DNA of 64,000 bases, from positions 96,001 through 160,000 of the IMG/VR virus record IMGVR_UViG_3300021181_000006. The stretch is one strand, 5' to 3'. This document shows positions 1 through 8,288 of the stretch, piece after piece. The stretch's first letter is position 1. Each line of letters opens with the position of its first letter. The notes below the pieces were generated by a model, which did no database searches, was not told the DNA's origin, and saw only the letters and a list, made by a program, of their open reading frames with translations. This stretch comes from a virus. Both the position numbers and the translations under genes were made by a program.

Positions 1-15
1 TGTGTTAGTATAATA

Positions 16-48
16 GCGCTCTCAGGGACTCAAACTGAGAGCGTTTTT
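16..48 (+). terminator. intrinsic terminator-like hairpin
   Basis: gcgctctcag...ctgagagcgt followed by a T-run. Confidence 0.6.
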
Positions 49-51
49 TAT

Positions 52-137
52 TGGTGGATGCGGCGAATGGTAAGCCAGCACGCTGTTAACGTGCCGTTAG
101 AAATAACATGTAGGTTCGACTCCTACTCCACCAGCCA
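52..137 (+). tRNA. tRNA-Asn(GUU) with long variable arm
   Basis: acceptor tggtgga/tccacca, anticodon loop ctGTTaa, variable stem gtta-gaaa-taac, G73, encoded CCA. Confidence 0.9.
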
Positions 138-140
138 CTT

Positions 141-497
141 ATGTTTACACCACAATCCGTCTCTGACACAGAAATAGAGGCCTGGTTTAGATCTCTATTT
201 ACCATACCAGAGGCTATGCATGTTCATTATGAGTTCAGATTTCTTGTAGCAGAAAATATATATTGTAAATTATTGTATATTTATGCACCTGTTTTTGGCA
301 CGCAGAAGAATACTATGGGATATTATAAAATCTGCTTTGGAGATCGTGGATCAAACGACTACCAAGAGGCAGTCTATCAGTATATCGATAAAGCTATCAT
401 GAAGTTTATATATTATATACGTACTTTATCATCACTAGACCGCTCATTCGTCAGGATGTTATGGCAGCACAATCCAGCGTCACAGACGCAGAATTAG
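141..497 (+). CDS. hypothetical protein, paralog 1 of a 3-gene family
   Basis: N-terminal VSDTEIEAWF motif shared with the next two ORFs. Confidence 0.7.
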   Translation: MFTPQSVSDTEIEAWFRSLFTIPEAMHVHYEFRFLVAENIYCKLLYIYAPVFGTQKNTMGYYKICFGDRGSNDYQEAVYQYIDKAIMKFIYYIRTLSSLDRSFVRMLWQHNPASQTQN

Positions 498-781
498 AGA
501 ACTGGTTTAAGACTGAGTTCTCTATACCACTGGCTATGGATGTAACTCACAGCGTGAGACCATTCCGCGTGTCAGAATCGCGTATAATGTCTTTATATTA
601 TAAAGAAGATTTTTTTGGTTATTTACATTTTGAGATTTTTGCAGCATGTGCGTCGAAGTATAAGGTATCAGTGAGTGCATATAATCTGCAAGATGCATTA
701 CGTCTGTTTATAGAGACGGTACGATCTTATCATATGCTGAATCCAACATTCATTTCTATGATTAAAAATGTTGCAGTTTAA
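461..781 (+). CDS. hypothetical protein, paralog 2
   Basis: VTDAELENWF...IPLAMDV. Confidence 0.7.
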   Translation: MAAQSSVTDAELENWFKTEFSIPLAMDVTHSVRPFRVSESRIMSLYYKEDFFGYLHFEIFAACASKYKVSVSAYNLQDALRLFIETVRSYHMLNPTFISMIKNVAV

Positions 782-1088
782 TCATAAAGATATAGAACGT
801 TGGTTCCTTTGGAAAGCACAGATCTATATTGATCTTCATGTAGATTATGAACTATTCTTTCATATGAATGACAGTATTGGATGTTATGTAAATTATCGAG
901 AAAGATATAGCGAGGGATATTGGTATGAGGTAGCTTTGCCTAATAAAGTACCATATTATCGTAATAACATCAATAATCTTGCATCTTGTCTCTTCATGAA
1001 TATAAACTGGGATATCGCACTTGATAAAACTTTTGCTAGAGAACTCCACTATGTTAATAAATCTCCCGCTGCTCGGAAGCCGATTTAA
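768..1088 (+). CDS. hypothetical protein, paralog 3
   Basis: KDIERWF...IDLHVDY. Confidence 0.65.
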   Translation: MLQFNHKDIERWFLWKAQIYIDLHVDYELFFHMNDSIGCYVNYRERYSEGYWYEVALPNKVPYYRNNINNLASCLFMNINWDIALDKTFARELHYVNKSPAARKPI

Positions 1089-1377
1089 GATTCTTGAACC
1101 ATGGTCTGTCGTTATTCCATATGACAATAGCGCTCTTATTAAACTACTTACTACAGAAAATGAGGTTGGATCAGCATTAAACGTTCATATAGATGTTCCT
1201 ATGATATGGAGAACAGATACTATATTCTTAATAAAACGGTTTGAAATGAGTAGATTTAGTTCATGGGTCTTCCTATCTGTACAGAAAAGTCCAGATCATC
1301 GCTTTGTGAGCAAAATACCATTTCATCTTGATATGTTACAGACACCAGATATACCGTATCAGCTAGTCGTCAAATAA
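1051..1377 (+). CDS. hypothetical protein
   Basis: ORF in operon-like tiling; ATG at 1051 chosen as start. Confidence 0.55.
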   Translation: MLINLPLLGSRFKILEPWSVVIPYDNSALIKLLTTENEVGSALNVHIDVPMIWRTDTIFLIKRFEMSRFSSWVFLSVQKSPDHRFVSKIPFHLDMLQTPDIPYQLVVK

Positions 1378-1455
1378 CAGTCCGTAGCTCAGCTTAGTTA
1401 GAGCACTTGGTTTGGAACCAAGGGGTCAAAAGTGCGAATCTTTTCGGACTGACCA
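1378..1455 (+). tRNA. tRNA-Pro(UGG), A18/G55 variant
   Basis: cagtccg/cggactg acceptor, loop ttTGGaa, T-loop tgcgaat, CCA. Confidence 0.9.
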
Positions 1456-1582
1456 TTATTATGAACATCCCACTCGTCATAACTTACGCGGAACTCTGCA
1501 TGCGCCTTGATAGTCAGCATCTTGCTGATTTGGATCGTGTAGAGCGTTTATGGCTTGAAATGACATCGGAAGAAGAAGATAT

Positions 1583-1783
1583 ATGCATCAGCATCATGAG
1601 ATCAATCGAGAAGAAATTATCCAAGCGCTTGAAGCTGGATGGACTTTTATTGTCAAATACAATAAATCTGGTTATACTATGTCAGCTACCAAAGAGACAG
1701 AGTCATCCCCTGAAGTGGTTGGGAAGAACGTCGATCTCTTAATGATAGATACTTTAAAATATTTAAATAGATCGGTTATATGA
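1583..1783 (+). CDS. hypothetical protein
   Basis: ALEAGWTF motif shared with the next ORF; stop overlaps next start. Confidence 0.6.
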   Translation: MHQHHEINREEIIQALEAGWTFIVKYNKSGYTMSATKETESSPEVVGKNVDLLMIDTLKYLNRSVI

Positions 1784-2037
1784 TTAATTCTCCGAGAGTC
1801 TGTGGTCTTATTAAGAGTGGTTGGACATTTCATCATTGCATCAAGTGGAATAACTTCAATGAAGCGTATATTCATGCAGTATGGGCTACAAAAGAGATTT
1901 TTAGCACTACTGTCTATGAATCTCTACACTATGACCATCATGCGCTTTCGATGACACTGCATGAGGCTGAGAAGCAAGAGGCGAATGAAGAGACGCGTGT
2001 CTTAGTTACTATTGGCTCTCGTAATGACGAATTGTGA
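1780..2037 (+). CDS. hypothetical protein
   Basis: LIKSGWTF motif. Confidence 0.6.
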   Translation: MINSPRVCGLIKSGWTFHHCIKWNNFNEAYIHAVWATKEIFSTTVYESLHYDHHALSMTLHEAEKQEANEETRVLVTIGSRNDEL

Positions 2038-2040
2038 GTA

Positions 2041-2065
2041 TATTGAACCTAAAAAAGGTTCAATA
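2041..2065. terminator. perfect hairpin, terminator-like
   Basis: tattgaacct-aaaaa-aggttcaata. Confidence 0.5.
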
Positions 2066-2078
2066 TACTCACATATAT

Positions 2079-2152
2079 GACTCGGTACATCAGTCCGGTA
2101 GATGACTTCCCTCCAAAGGAAGCAGGCGGTGGTTCGAATCCATCCTGGGTCG
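2079..2152 (+). tRNA. tRNA-Trp(CCA), no encoded CCA end
   Basis: gactcgg/ctgggtc acceptor, loop ctCCAaa, T-loop ttcgaat. Confidence 0.9.
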
Positions 2153-2430
2153 TTGCATTGGCGTGTAATCCTGGTATAAGTCCTTCGTATCTCCTGCGGT
2201 GCTCGGACAACCGTAATGAAACACTCATAGACGTCGTCCCGTAAGACTAGGAGAGTGTAGGTGGTTCGTAGGTACAGCTAAAAACATAATAAGGTGAACC
2301 CGACTCCATTGGCCATTGGCGTTAGTAGTGAAAGGTGTTCTTATGCACTGCCATAAAAATAAGAGGCGAGCCTTCAGGTCTTATGAAGGGGGTTTGGCAA
2401 CGTTTCCCGTTATAAACGTCTACTTTTTCT
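2153..2430 (+). ncRNA. candidate structured RNA following tRNA-Trp
   Basis: ORF-free; hairpins acactc/gagtgt, ccttca/tgaagg, acgttt/aaacgt. Confidence 0.35.
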
Positions 2431-2522
2431 CACTTTGTGTGTATATGAAATACAAAGTGATCGCTGGTTGAATAATCTACAGCGTGCTGGCGGGTAAGCC
2501 GCACCTATTCAGAAAGGAACCC

Positions 2523-2780
2523 ATGGCAACATATGCGGCTGGTCGTAAATACAACATAGCTCTTTCTATACTATTCTGTGGGCATCAAACACCCATCCAA
2601 TATATCTTTGGCGGATGCGAAACCGATGATATTGCTAATAAAGCAATGCGTGAAGCCTATAAGAAAGCCAAGGCTGATATCGCAAAAGGCGATAAGGCTA
2701 TTGAGCTATCAGACTTTGATACGTTATTGCCAGTAGAGAATATCTGTTATATTAAGATCATTTGTCAGCTTCGTGATTGA
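2523..2780 (+). CDS. hypothetical protein
   Basis: ATG preceded by aaagga SD. Confidence 0.7.
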   Translation: MATYAAGRKYNIALSILFCGHQTPIQYIFGGCETDDIANKAMREAYKKAKADIAKGDKAIELSDFDTLLPVENICYIKIICQLRD

Positions 2781-2815
2781 CATTACAACTTATAAAGTCA
2801 TGATGTCAATCTTAC

Positions 2816-2889
2816 GTGGGTATAGGTCAGTGGTAGATCAACTTCCTTCCAAGTAGAAGACGCGTGTTCGATTCACGCTACCCGCTCCA
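2816..2889 (+). tRNA. tRNA-Gly(UCC), weak anticodon stem
   Basis: gtgggta/tacccgc acceptor, loop ctTCCaa, U73, CCA. Confidence 0.85.
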
Positions 2890-2892
2890 ATT

Positions 2893-3120
2893 ATGATAAT
2901 CGATCATTCAGAAGCGCATGGTATTTTTGCTCCTCTTACTGAGGAGGAAACCATGAGTATTGCATTAAAAATGACTATGAATATTAAATTAACAAATCGT
3001 GAATCATACCACCAGTATGGTAGATATGATACTCCTGATTTTATATTTATACACATACCAGGACCAGCACTTTGTAATGCGAGTGCTATAGCTAAGGTTC
3101 TTATCGATGACTCAGGATGA
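2893..3120 (+). CDS. small motif-bearing protein (LKMTMNIKL)
   Basis: ORF with recurrent motif. Confidence 0.65.
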   Translation: MIIDHSEAHGIFAPLTEEETMSIALKMTMNIKLTNRESYHQYGRYDTPDFIFIHIPGPALCNASAIAKVLIDDSG

Positions 3121-3352
3121 AGAAGACCATATCTTTGCAGCTATACATCTAAAACTAGAGATGGGTATAGCATTAAGTACTGATGAGATCGTGACTCAAT
3201 TCTGTTCCGTCTATTCCGATAACGGTGAACCTCAACCACTTCAGAATTACCTTTATGTCCAAATACAAGACATTAATCGCAAAAAGCGTGGAAGAACATT
3301 CCTCACCCATGATGATGGCAGCGTCACGTGCTTCTCGTCGCCTCAAAGTTGA
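3107..3352 (+). CDS. small motif-bearing protein (LKLEMGIALSTDE)
   Basis: ORF with recurrent motif. Confidence 0.65.
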   Translation: MTQDEEDHIFAAIHLKLEMGIALSTDEIVTQFCSVYSDNGEPQPLQNYLYVQIQDINRKKRGRTFLTHDDGSVTCFSSPQS

Positions 3353-3452
3353 GATGGGTATACCGCTCACATCGGATGAATATGTTGAATATGTTCAAGA
3401 TCTCAGAAAAAATAATATGTTAACTATTAATAATATTCTGGATGCCATCTAG
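3309..3452 (+). CDS. small motif-bearing protein (LKVEMGIPLTSDE)
   Basis: internal ATG of track ORF 3225..3452. Confidence 0.6.
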   Translation: MMMAASRASRRLKVEMGIPLTSDEYVEYVQDLRKNNMLTINNILDAI

Positions 3453-3479
3453 TATATAAACCTATTTTAGGTTAAAATT

Positions 3480-4058
3480 ATGCCAATCATCGTACCAGTT
3501 ACTCCACGCCTAAAAGCATTGGCCGTGAAGCTAGCTCATATCCGTAATGGTCCAAAAGTAGCGGCTGGACTAAGAAATGGATTTTCCTCGCACTGTTATG
3601 GAGCGCTAGGAGAACTGGTATTTAGTGAGGAATTTGGATGCGATATAGACTGGAAATCATATGGTGGACTAGATGGAGATGGTGGTCATCCTGATTGCCA
3701 TCATAACGGTATTCATAAGTCATTTGAGATTAAGTTTTCTACTCATTTAACTAGTCCTGATCTTAAATTTGATCATGTAAATGAGTTCATCGCAGATTAT
3801 GCTGTTTTATTGTCATTAGGCGATATACGAGCAGACAAAGTATATATTATTGGCTATATAGATCGTTTATCATTTTTAAGTAAAACAAATGGTATTAGGA
3901 CACAGCAAAATTATGGTAATAGGCCACCACGAGAAGTAGTTAAATATGGTAAATTGTTTGATATACAAGATATATTAAATATGATCGGATCACAATGGAT
4001 ATTGAGCTGGAAAAGAAAGATACACCTGCAGCGTTTGATAGTACAGGGAATTCTTTAG
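3480..4058 (+). CDS. putative PD-(D/E)XK-type nuclease
   Basis: GALGE...PD...EIK arrangement typical of the restriction-endonuclease-like fold; AT-rich. Confidence 0.5.
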   Translation: MPIIVPVTPRLKALAVKLAHIRNGPKVAAGLRNGFSSHCYGALGELVFSEEFGCDIDWKSYGGLDGDGGHPDCHHNGIHKSFEIKFSTHLTSPDLKFDHVNEFIADYAVLLSLGDIRADKVYIIGYIDRLSFLSKTNGIRTQQNYGNRPPREVVKYGKLFDIQDILNMIGSQWILSWKRKIHLQRLIVQGIL

Positions 4059-4273
4059 ATGACTATGCATATGGCAGTACTTTTGATCGTGTCGTACATG
4101 ATCTCGCTAAATGCCAAGAATATGAACGAGCTAAACCACTCAAGCACGATCTCGGAATATGGACTATCTATGATGAAATGTGGTTAACCATATATCGTAA
4201 TCGTCAATTAGAGGCCATGGCACACTATAGTCTCTATTCCTTAGCTCAAGAACATGCGTGTTGTGATCCATGA
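3995..4273 (+). CDS. small motif-bearing protein (LKHDLGIW)
   Basis: ORF with recurrent motif. Confidence 0.65.
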   Translation: MDIELEKKDTPAAFDSTGNSLDDYAYGSTFDRVVHDLAKCQEYERAKPLKHDLGIWTIYDEMWLTIYRNRQLEAMAHYSLYSLAQEHACCDP

Positions 4274-4494
4274 CACCAGAAGAAAAACAATTACGTATAG
4301 ATCTTGGGCTTTGGACAGTATGGGATGCTTCCGAGGATAAGGTTACACAAGATATCAATCGTGAGATAGATAAACTATTTTTACATGAACTGGGGACGAT
4401 GATTTATGATCAATCTCTACGAGAGCGAAAAACAGCTCCGCAAAGAACTCGGCCTGTACGGAATAAAAGACATCATAGAGGAAATACTCAATGA
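4270..4494 (+). CDS. small motif-bearing protein (EKQLRIDLGLW)
   Basis: ATGA coupling on both sides. Confidence 0.65.
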   Translation: MTPEEKQLRIDLGLWTVWDASEDKVTQDINREIDKLFLHELGTMIYDQSLRERKTAPQRTRPVRNKRHHRGNTQ

Positions 4495-4642
4495 GCAAGC
4501 AAGTTATCGTTATGCGCAAGGATCTCAACATGCGCAAAGGCAAGCTTGTGGCCCAAGGGTCACACGCAACCATGAAGGATTTACTATCCAAATTTCAATC
4601 CCTAGACCAATCGATCATATCGAGATTAAACTTCTTATTTAG
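4406..4642 (+). CDS. overlapped motif-bearing ORF (EKQLRKELGLY)
   Basis: entirely overlapped by its neighbours in other frames but carries the motif. Confidence 0.4.
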   Translation: MINLYESEKQLRKELGLYGIKDIIEEILNEQASYRYAQGSQHAQRQACGPRVTRNHEGFTIQISIPRPIDHIEIKLLI

Positions 4643-4898
4643 ACCCCGTAGTATCTTCAGCGAAGATGAAAAGAAATACTACTTTGGTACCTTTAAAAAG
4701 ATTTGTGTCTATGTGCAGTCTGAGCAGCAGCTCGATGCTGTACATGAATTGGCTCTTAAGAAGGGACTCGTTAGCCATTTGATCATCGATAGTGGCCTCA
4801 CTGAGTTTAAGAATGTAGCTACAAAGACCTGTTGCTGTATTGGGCCAGATGATGAAGATTTAATCGATTTCATTACTGGTGATCTACCATTGCTATGA
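4491..4898 (+). CDS. pth2: peptidyl-tRNA hydrolase, PTH2 family
   Basis: KQVIVMRKDLNMRKGKLVAQGSHA...KKICV...IIDSGLTEF...TCCCIGP...ITGDLPLL. Confidence 0.93.
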   Translation: MSKQVIVMRKDLNMRKGKLVAQGSHATMKDLLSKFQSLDQSIISRLNFLFRPRSIFSEDEKKYYFGTFKKICVYVQSEQQLDAVHELALKKGLVSHLIIDSGLTEFKNVATKTCCCIGPDDEDLIDFITGDLPLL

Positions 4899-5083
4899 TA
4901 GTACCTGAACACGATAAAACTGGCTTCATATCTTATGTAGCTGAAGGCATTGATGAAGCGCTCTTTCGCAAAGAAATGGGATTGCCGCTCTACATGCAGG
5001 ACGTTGACATTATGAAGCTGGCTGAGGTCTATAAAGTTCGTGTCAATCGATATCGTTTATTACAAGGAAAACCACTCTTATGA
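4895..5083 (+). CDS. small motif-bearing protein (FRKEMGLPL)
   Basis: tandem array member. Confidence 0.65.
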   Translation: MIVPEHDKTGFISYVAEGIDEALFRKEMGLPLYMQDVDIMKLAEVYKVRVNRYRLLQGKPLL

Positions 5084-5268
5084 GAATGTTCGAAGAACTC
5101 AACTGGTCACCAGAAGAGATAGAAATGATTCTCCATAGAGGTGAACTGAAGGCTGATCTCGGTTTAGAGTTATCTCAGATCGAAGCAGGTATGATGAACT
5201 GGAGACATCGCGTGTACTTAGAACAGTTACGTGAAGCTGATAGACAGGCTCCGAAGCATTATGATTGA
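5080..5268 (+). CDS. small motif-bearing protein (LKADLGLEL)
   Basis: tandem array member. Confidence 0.65.
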   Translation: MRMFEELNWSPEEIEMILHRGELKADLGLELSQIEAGMMNWRHRVYLEQLREADRQAPKHYD

Positions 5269-5455
5269 CGAGATCTATGTAAAACAGCTGATGAATATAC
5301 CATTATCATACAATGAAAAAAAAGAGTTATTTGTATATGAGAAGATGCTCCCGCTCAGGCGATATGATCGGCGATATGATCCATTAGGATTCCTGGATGC
5401 AAATCAGGTATCCTATTATGGGTGGCTCTTTGATATGTATAGGAACGAAGCATGA
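5261..5455 (+). CDS. small motif-bearing protein (VKQLMNIPLSYNE)
   Basis: tandem array member; ATG at 5261. Confidence 0.65.
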   Translation: MIDEIYVKQLMNIPLSYNEKKELFVYEKMLPLRRYDRRYDPLGFLDANQVSYYGWLFDMYRNEA

Positions 5456-5715
5456 TAGATCGTATTGAGTTGAAGAGAATGCTTCGGGTACGGCTCGATG
5501 ATGAAGAAGCTTCATTTATTATGAATCAATCGAAGAATATCCTCGGATGGATTAACCAATATAATATGGGCAGCCACATGATAGAAGGCGAAGAATGGGC
5601 AATACATATGATATCACATGTATTTACAGAAAATCTCACATGTCATGTCAGCGCTCCTTGGTGGTATAGAGAAGTTAATAAGGTACTAGGTTATGATCGA
5701 ATCCATAAAACTTAA
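5452..5715 (+). CDS. small motif-bearing protein (LKRMLRVRLDDEE)
   Basis: tandem array member. Confidence 0.65.
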   Translation: MIDRIELKRMLRVRLDDEEASFIMNQSKNILGWINQYNMGSHMIEGEEWAIHMISHVFTENLTCHVSAPWWYREVNKVLGYDRIHKT

Positions 5716-5944
5716 GAAACAGATGGGGATTAAACTCTCCTATGATGAAGCCCATTTTATACTACAAAAGTCTATCGATATACGTAAAGACCTGATTAGT
5801 AGATGCGGTAATGATCTAGTCCATAAAGAAAAAATTATGGGTATATATATTAATCATATGATGGATGTATTTCCAATGCGTGACGTAGGCCAAGCTCCTG
5901 TGACTCAGTGGATGTATAGAGTTCTAGATAGACTTGGTATATGA
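5693..5944 (+). CDS. small motif-bearing protein (LKKQMGIKLSYDE)
   Basis: tandem array member. Confidence 0.65.
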   Translation: MIESIKLKKQMGIKLSYDEAHFILQKSIDIRKDLISRCGNDLVHKEKIMGIYINHMMDVFPMRDVGQAPVTQWMYRVLDRLGI

Positions 5945-5956
5945 ACTGTAAACGAA

Positions 5957-6163
5957 GTGATGGAAATAAGAATGGAAGAAAAACGTGTGGGACAAAATAT
6001 ATACGAAGAGTCTATTAGACTCAAACAAATCATGAATATACCACTGGAAGCTGATGAGGTACTCCATATGTGTTATCGTGGTCTCGGATCGAAGCCATTA
6101 ACATCAGAATCTAGGCGCTCCCTGATGAACAATGTGAAAAAGTATGGACATAAATACCATTAA
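5957..6163 (+). CDS. small motif-bearing protein (LKQIMNIPLEADE)
   Basis: tandem array member. Confidence 0.65.
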   Translation: MMEIRMEEKRVGQNIYEESIRLKQIMNIPLEADEVLHMCYRGLGSKPLTSESRRSLMNNVKKYGHKYH

Positions 6164-6350
6164 CATGAAACGTCAGTTACATATTGATCTTGATATCAAT
6201 GAAACCATTTGTCTTATGCAGTCTATCAACACTGATCCGCGCATCATAGCATTTTTAGAAAGAGCCCGTGACAAATACTCAAAAACAGAGCCTAGCGATC
6301 AAGAAGCTCATGAATATCCCAGTCCATCTCCTGGATATACTGGAAGCTGA
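6144..6350 (+). CDS. small motif-bearing protein (MKRQLHIDLDINE)
   Basis: tandem array member. Confidence 0.6.
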   Translation: MDINTINMKRQLHIDLDINETICLMQSINTDPRIIAFLERARDKYSKTEPSDQEAHEYPSPSPGYTGS

Positions 6351-6474
6351 TGATACTATTGAGAAAATTATAGCAGAAGCAGATAGACATGGAATCGAAT
6401 GCCGAAGGCGTGTACTTACACCTACCATCCATACAGATGAAGGAGCATCTAGGCATTCCTCTCACTCTGGATGA
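6268..6474 (+). CDS. small motif-bearing protein (IKKLMNIPV)
   Basis: tandem array member; long overlaps with neighbours. Confidence 0.55.
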   Translation: MTNTQKQSLAIKKLMNIPVHLLDILEADDTIEKIIAEADRHGIECRRRVLTPTIHTDEGASRHSSHSG

Positions 6475-6577
6475 ATGGTCTTTATTAAGGCATAATTCGC
6501 TTGTAAAAGATCTCATCATCAAGTACGCTCCTGATGAGATCTTAAATATTGATGATATATATTGGGGGAATACGTAG
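6389..6577 (+). CDS. small motif-bearing protein (MKEHLGIPLTLDE)
   Basis: tandem array member. Confidence 0.6.
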   Translation: MESNAEGVYLHLPSIQMKEHLGIPLTLDEWSLLRHNSLVKDLIIKYAPDEILNIDDIYWGNT

Positions 6578-6654
6578 TCACCTTTAGCTCAGTTGGTTAG
6601 AGCAATGCCCTGATAAGGCATAGGTCCCTAGTTCGAGTCTAGGAAGGTGAACCA
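6578..6654 (+). tRNA. tRNA-Ile(GAU)
   Basis: tcacctt/aaggtga, loop ctGATaa, CCA. Confidence 0.95.
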
Positions 6655-6657
6655 TAT

Positions 6658-6734
6658 GGGCCTGTAGCTTAATTGGCTAAAGCGTCTGCCTTGCACGCAG
6701 AAGAGTTTCGGTTCGATTCCGAACAGGTCCACCA
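6658..6734 (+). tRNA. tRNA-Ala(UGC)
   Basis: gggcctg/caggtcc with G3.U70, loop ctTGCac, CCA. Confidence 0.95.
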
Positions 6735-6860
6735 TAGAAATGATTTATGCAGTTAATCACAAAACTTGCCTGGAGCCCAACGTCTATAACGTTGAGCGTG
6801 GCAGTTATCTTAGTCATTATCCTCATTAAGTTAGATCAAAGTAGATAAGACTAAACCCAC

Positions 6861-7145
6861 TCAAGGAGTGGGTTTAGTCTTTATAAAGGCGATTAACTCG
6901 TCTATCTTTTTATTTAGCTTAACGTATTCTTCAGAATGCTCATTCTCTATCGATTCGATAGCGGTCTGAGTATTCCCTAATGCAAGTTTAAAGCGTTCAT
7001 TCTCTTCACTAATCTCATCGCCACGTTTAATAATTGCGTCATTAAGCTTCTTTATTTTCTTCAGGTCGCTTTGAGCGGCATGCAGAGAATCAACCAGCTC
7101 CTTTTTGGAGACAGACGGTTTACGTTTGGACTTAGCTTTGACCAT
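6861..7145 (-). CDS. coiled-coil hypothetical protein
   Basis: GGAGGG SD before MVKAKSK; heptad-like K/E-rich sequence. Confidence 0.75.
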   Translation of the reverse strand: MVKAKSKRKPSVSKKELVDSLHAAQSDLKKIKKLNDAIIKRGDEISEENERFKLALGNTQTAIESIENEHSEEYVKLNKKIDELIAFIKTKPTP

Positions 7146-8179
7146 TATTCCCTCCAGCTGACCCACTTCACTTTCTCAGAGACTGACTGTTGCGACTCAA
7201 GTTTAATGGGCATCCAGTAATTAATGCCGATCTCACGATGCGTCGTCCACAGTGCCTGCTGAGGAAGCTCGAAGTCAAAGTTGTTATCAGCAGCATACTC
7301 ATCATAGCCCTTAATGGAACCATTAACTATGATGCCTTTAAATTGCGCTAATTGATGCCAATGGCCCATTAACATGAAATCATAGCTTTGGTTGACAGCC
7401 GTCTGACGCTTACGCTTCTTGAAATCACCAGTCATGAGAGGTGATAGTAAGCCAGCGATACCTCCACCTCCACGGAACTGATTGCCATGGGTCAGCAGGT
7501 ACCGCGTACCATAGATATTATACTGACAGTCGGTTGACTCGCTGACCTTGAAGACCACGCGCTTGTCTCCTTCGTAGATAGTCTCCAACATGGTATAGAT
7601 AAGCCAGTCATAGTTCTTGAAAACGTAGTTTTTCGACTCGGGTTTAAATGTAGTACGACCATGGTTACCAACGACACATGGTATAAAGAGTCTAGGAAAG
7701 TGCTTCAGGAGTTCATCGATAGCCCACTTGATCTTCCCTACCAGTTCCTTGCACGACTTCAGAGCCGGGTCAGTATTGGTGGCGGTGAGTTCATGGTGGA
7801 TCTCTCCAGAGATCATGTCGCCACCAAGAGCGAGCACGAGGCCATCATACTTCGGGTTCACCATATGCTTGGTCAGCATGAGAATCGTCTTCTCAACGAG
7901 ACGCTGCAGACGGCGGTTAAAAATTTCTTTGTTGAAGGCATTCACATGCCCGATAGCGGTTGGATTTACGACTTCAGAGTAATGCCAATCTGACCAAAAA
8001 GCTGTAGGAATCCCTGGTGAATTGATGTTACTAGGGGTCTTGGTAGTCCACTCAGGTGTCACGATATTGGCCGATGATAGGCCGAAGATTTTCTCACGGA
8101 TATAGTCAGTCTCTAGGTTATTCTCTTTCGCATCTTTCAGTTCGGATTTCAATGCCTTGACCTGTTCTTTAAGATCCAT
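7145..8179 (-). CDS. calcineurin-like metallophosphoesterase
   Basis: SDWH...GGDM...GNHG...THG...GHWH motifs; AAGGA SD before MDLKEQ. Confidence 0.88.
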   Translation of the reverse strand: MDLKEQVKALKSELKDAKENNLETDYIREKIFGLSSANIVTPEWTTKTPSNINSPGIPTAFWSDWHYSEVVNPTAIGHVNAFNKEIFNRRLQRLVEKTILMLTKHMVNPKYDGLVLALGGDMISGEIHHELTATNTDPALKSCKELVGKIKWAIDELLKHFPRLFIPCVVGNHGRTTFKPESKNYVFKNYDWLIYTMLETIYEGDKRVVFKVSESTDCQYNIYGTRYLLTHGNQFRGGGGIAGLLSPLMTGDFKKRKRQTAVNQSYDFMLMGHWHQLAQFKGIIVNGSIKGYDEYAADNNFDFELPQQALWTTHREIGINYWMPIKLESQQSVSEKVKWVSWRE

Positions 8180-8288
8180 CTTGCGTATCCTTTTTTCTTG
8201 GGTATGAGTGGGGCAATGCCACGCCACTCGATTATCCCAAAGGATACTGCCCAGAGTGGTGGTCTGCAAGTAGAATCTCGATATACAT

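Noticed and set aside
1407-1742. Track ORFs overlapping tRNAs (1407, 10245, 10699, 10912 and the 5' part of 11114)
   Set aside because: They run through tRNA genes and lack SDs; the true gene, where present, starts downstream.
2153-2430. tmRNA or theta/HDV-like ribozyme
   Set aside because: No Ala-type tRNA-like ends; could not assemble P1-P2-P3-P1.1-P4 by eye. Kept only as an unassigned structured RNA.
6735-6860. Hairpins after tRNA-Ala as a ribozyme
   Set aside because: Explained adequately as terminator-type structure between convergent transcripts; no catalytic consensus seen.
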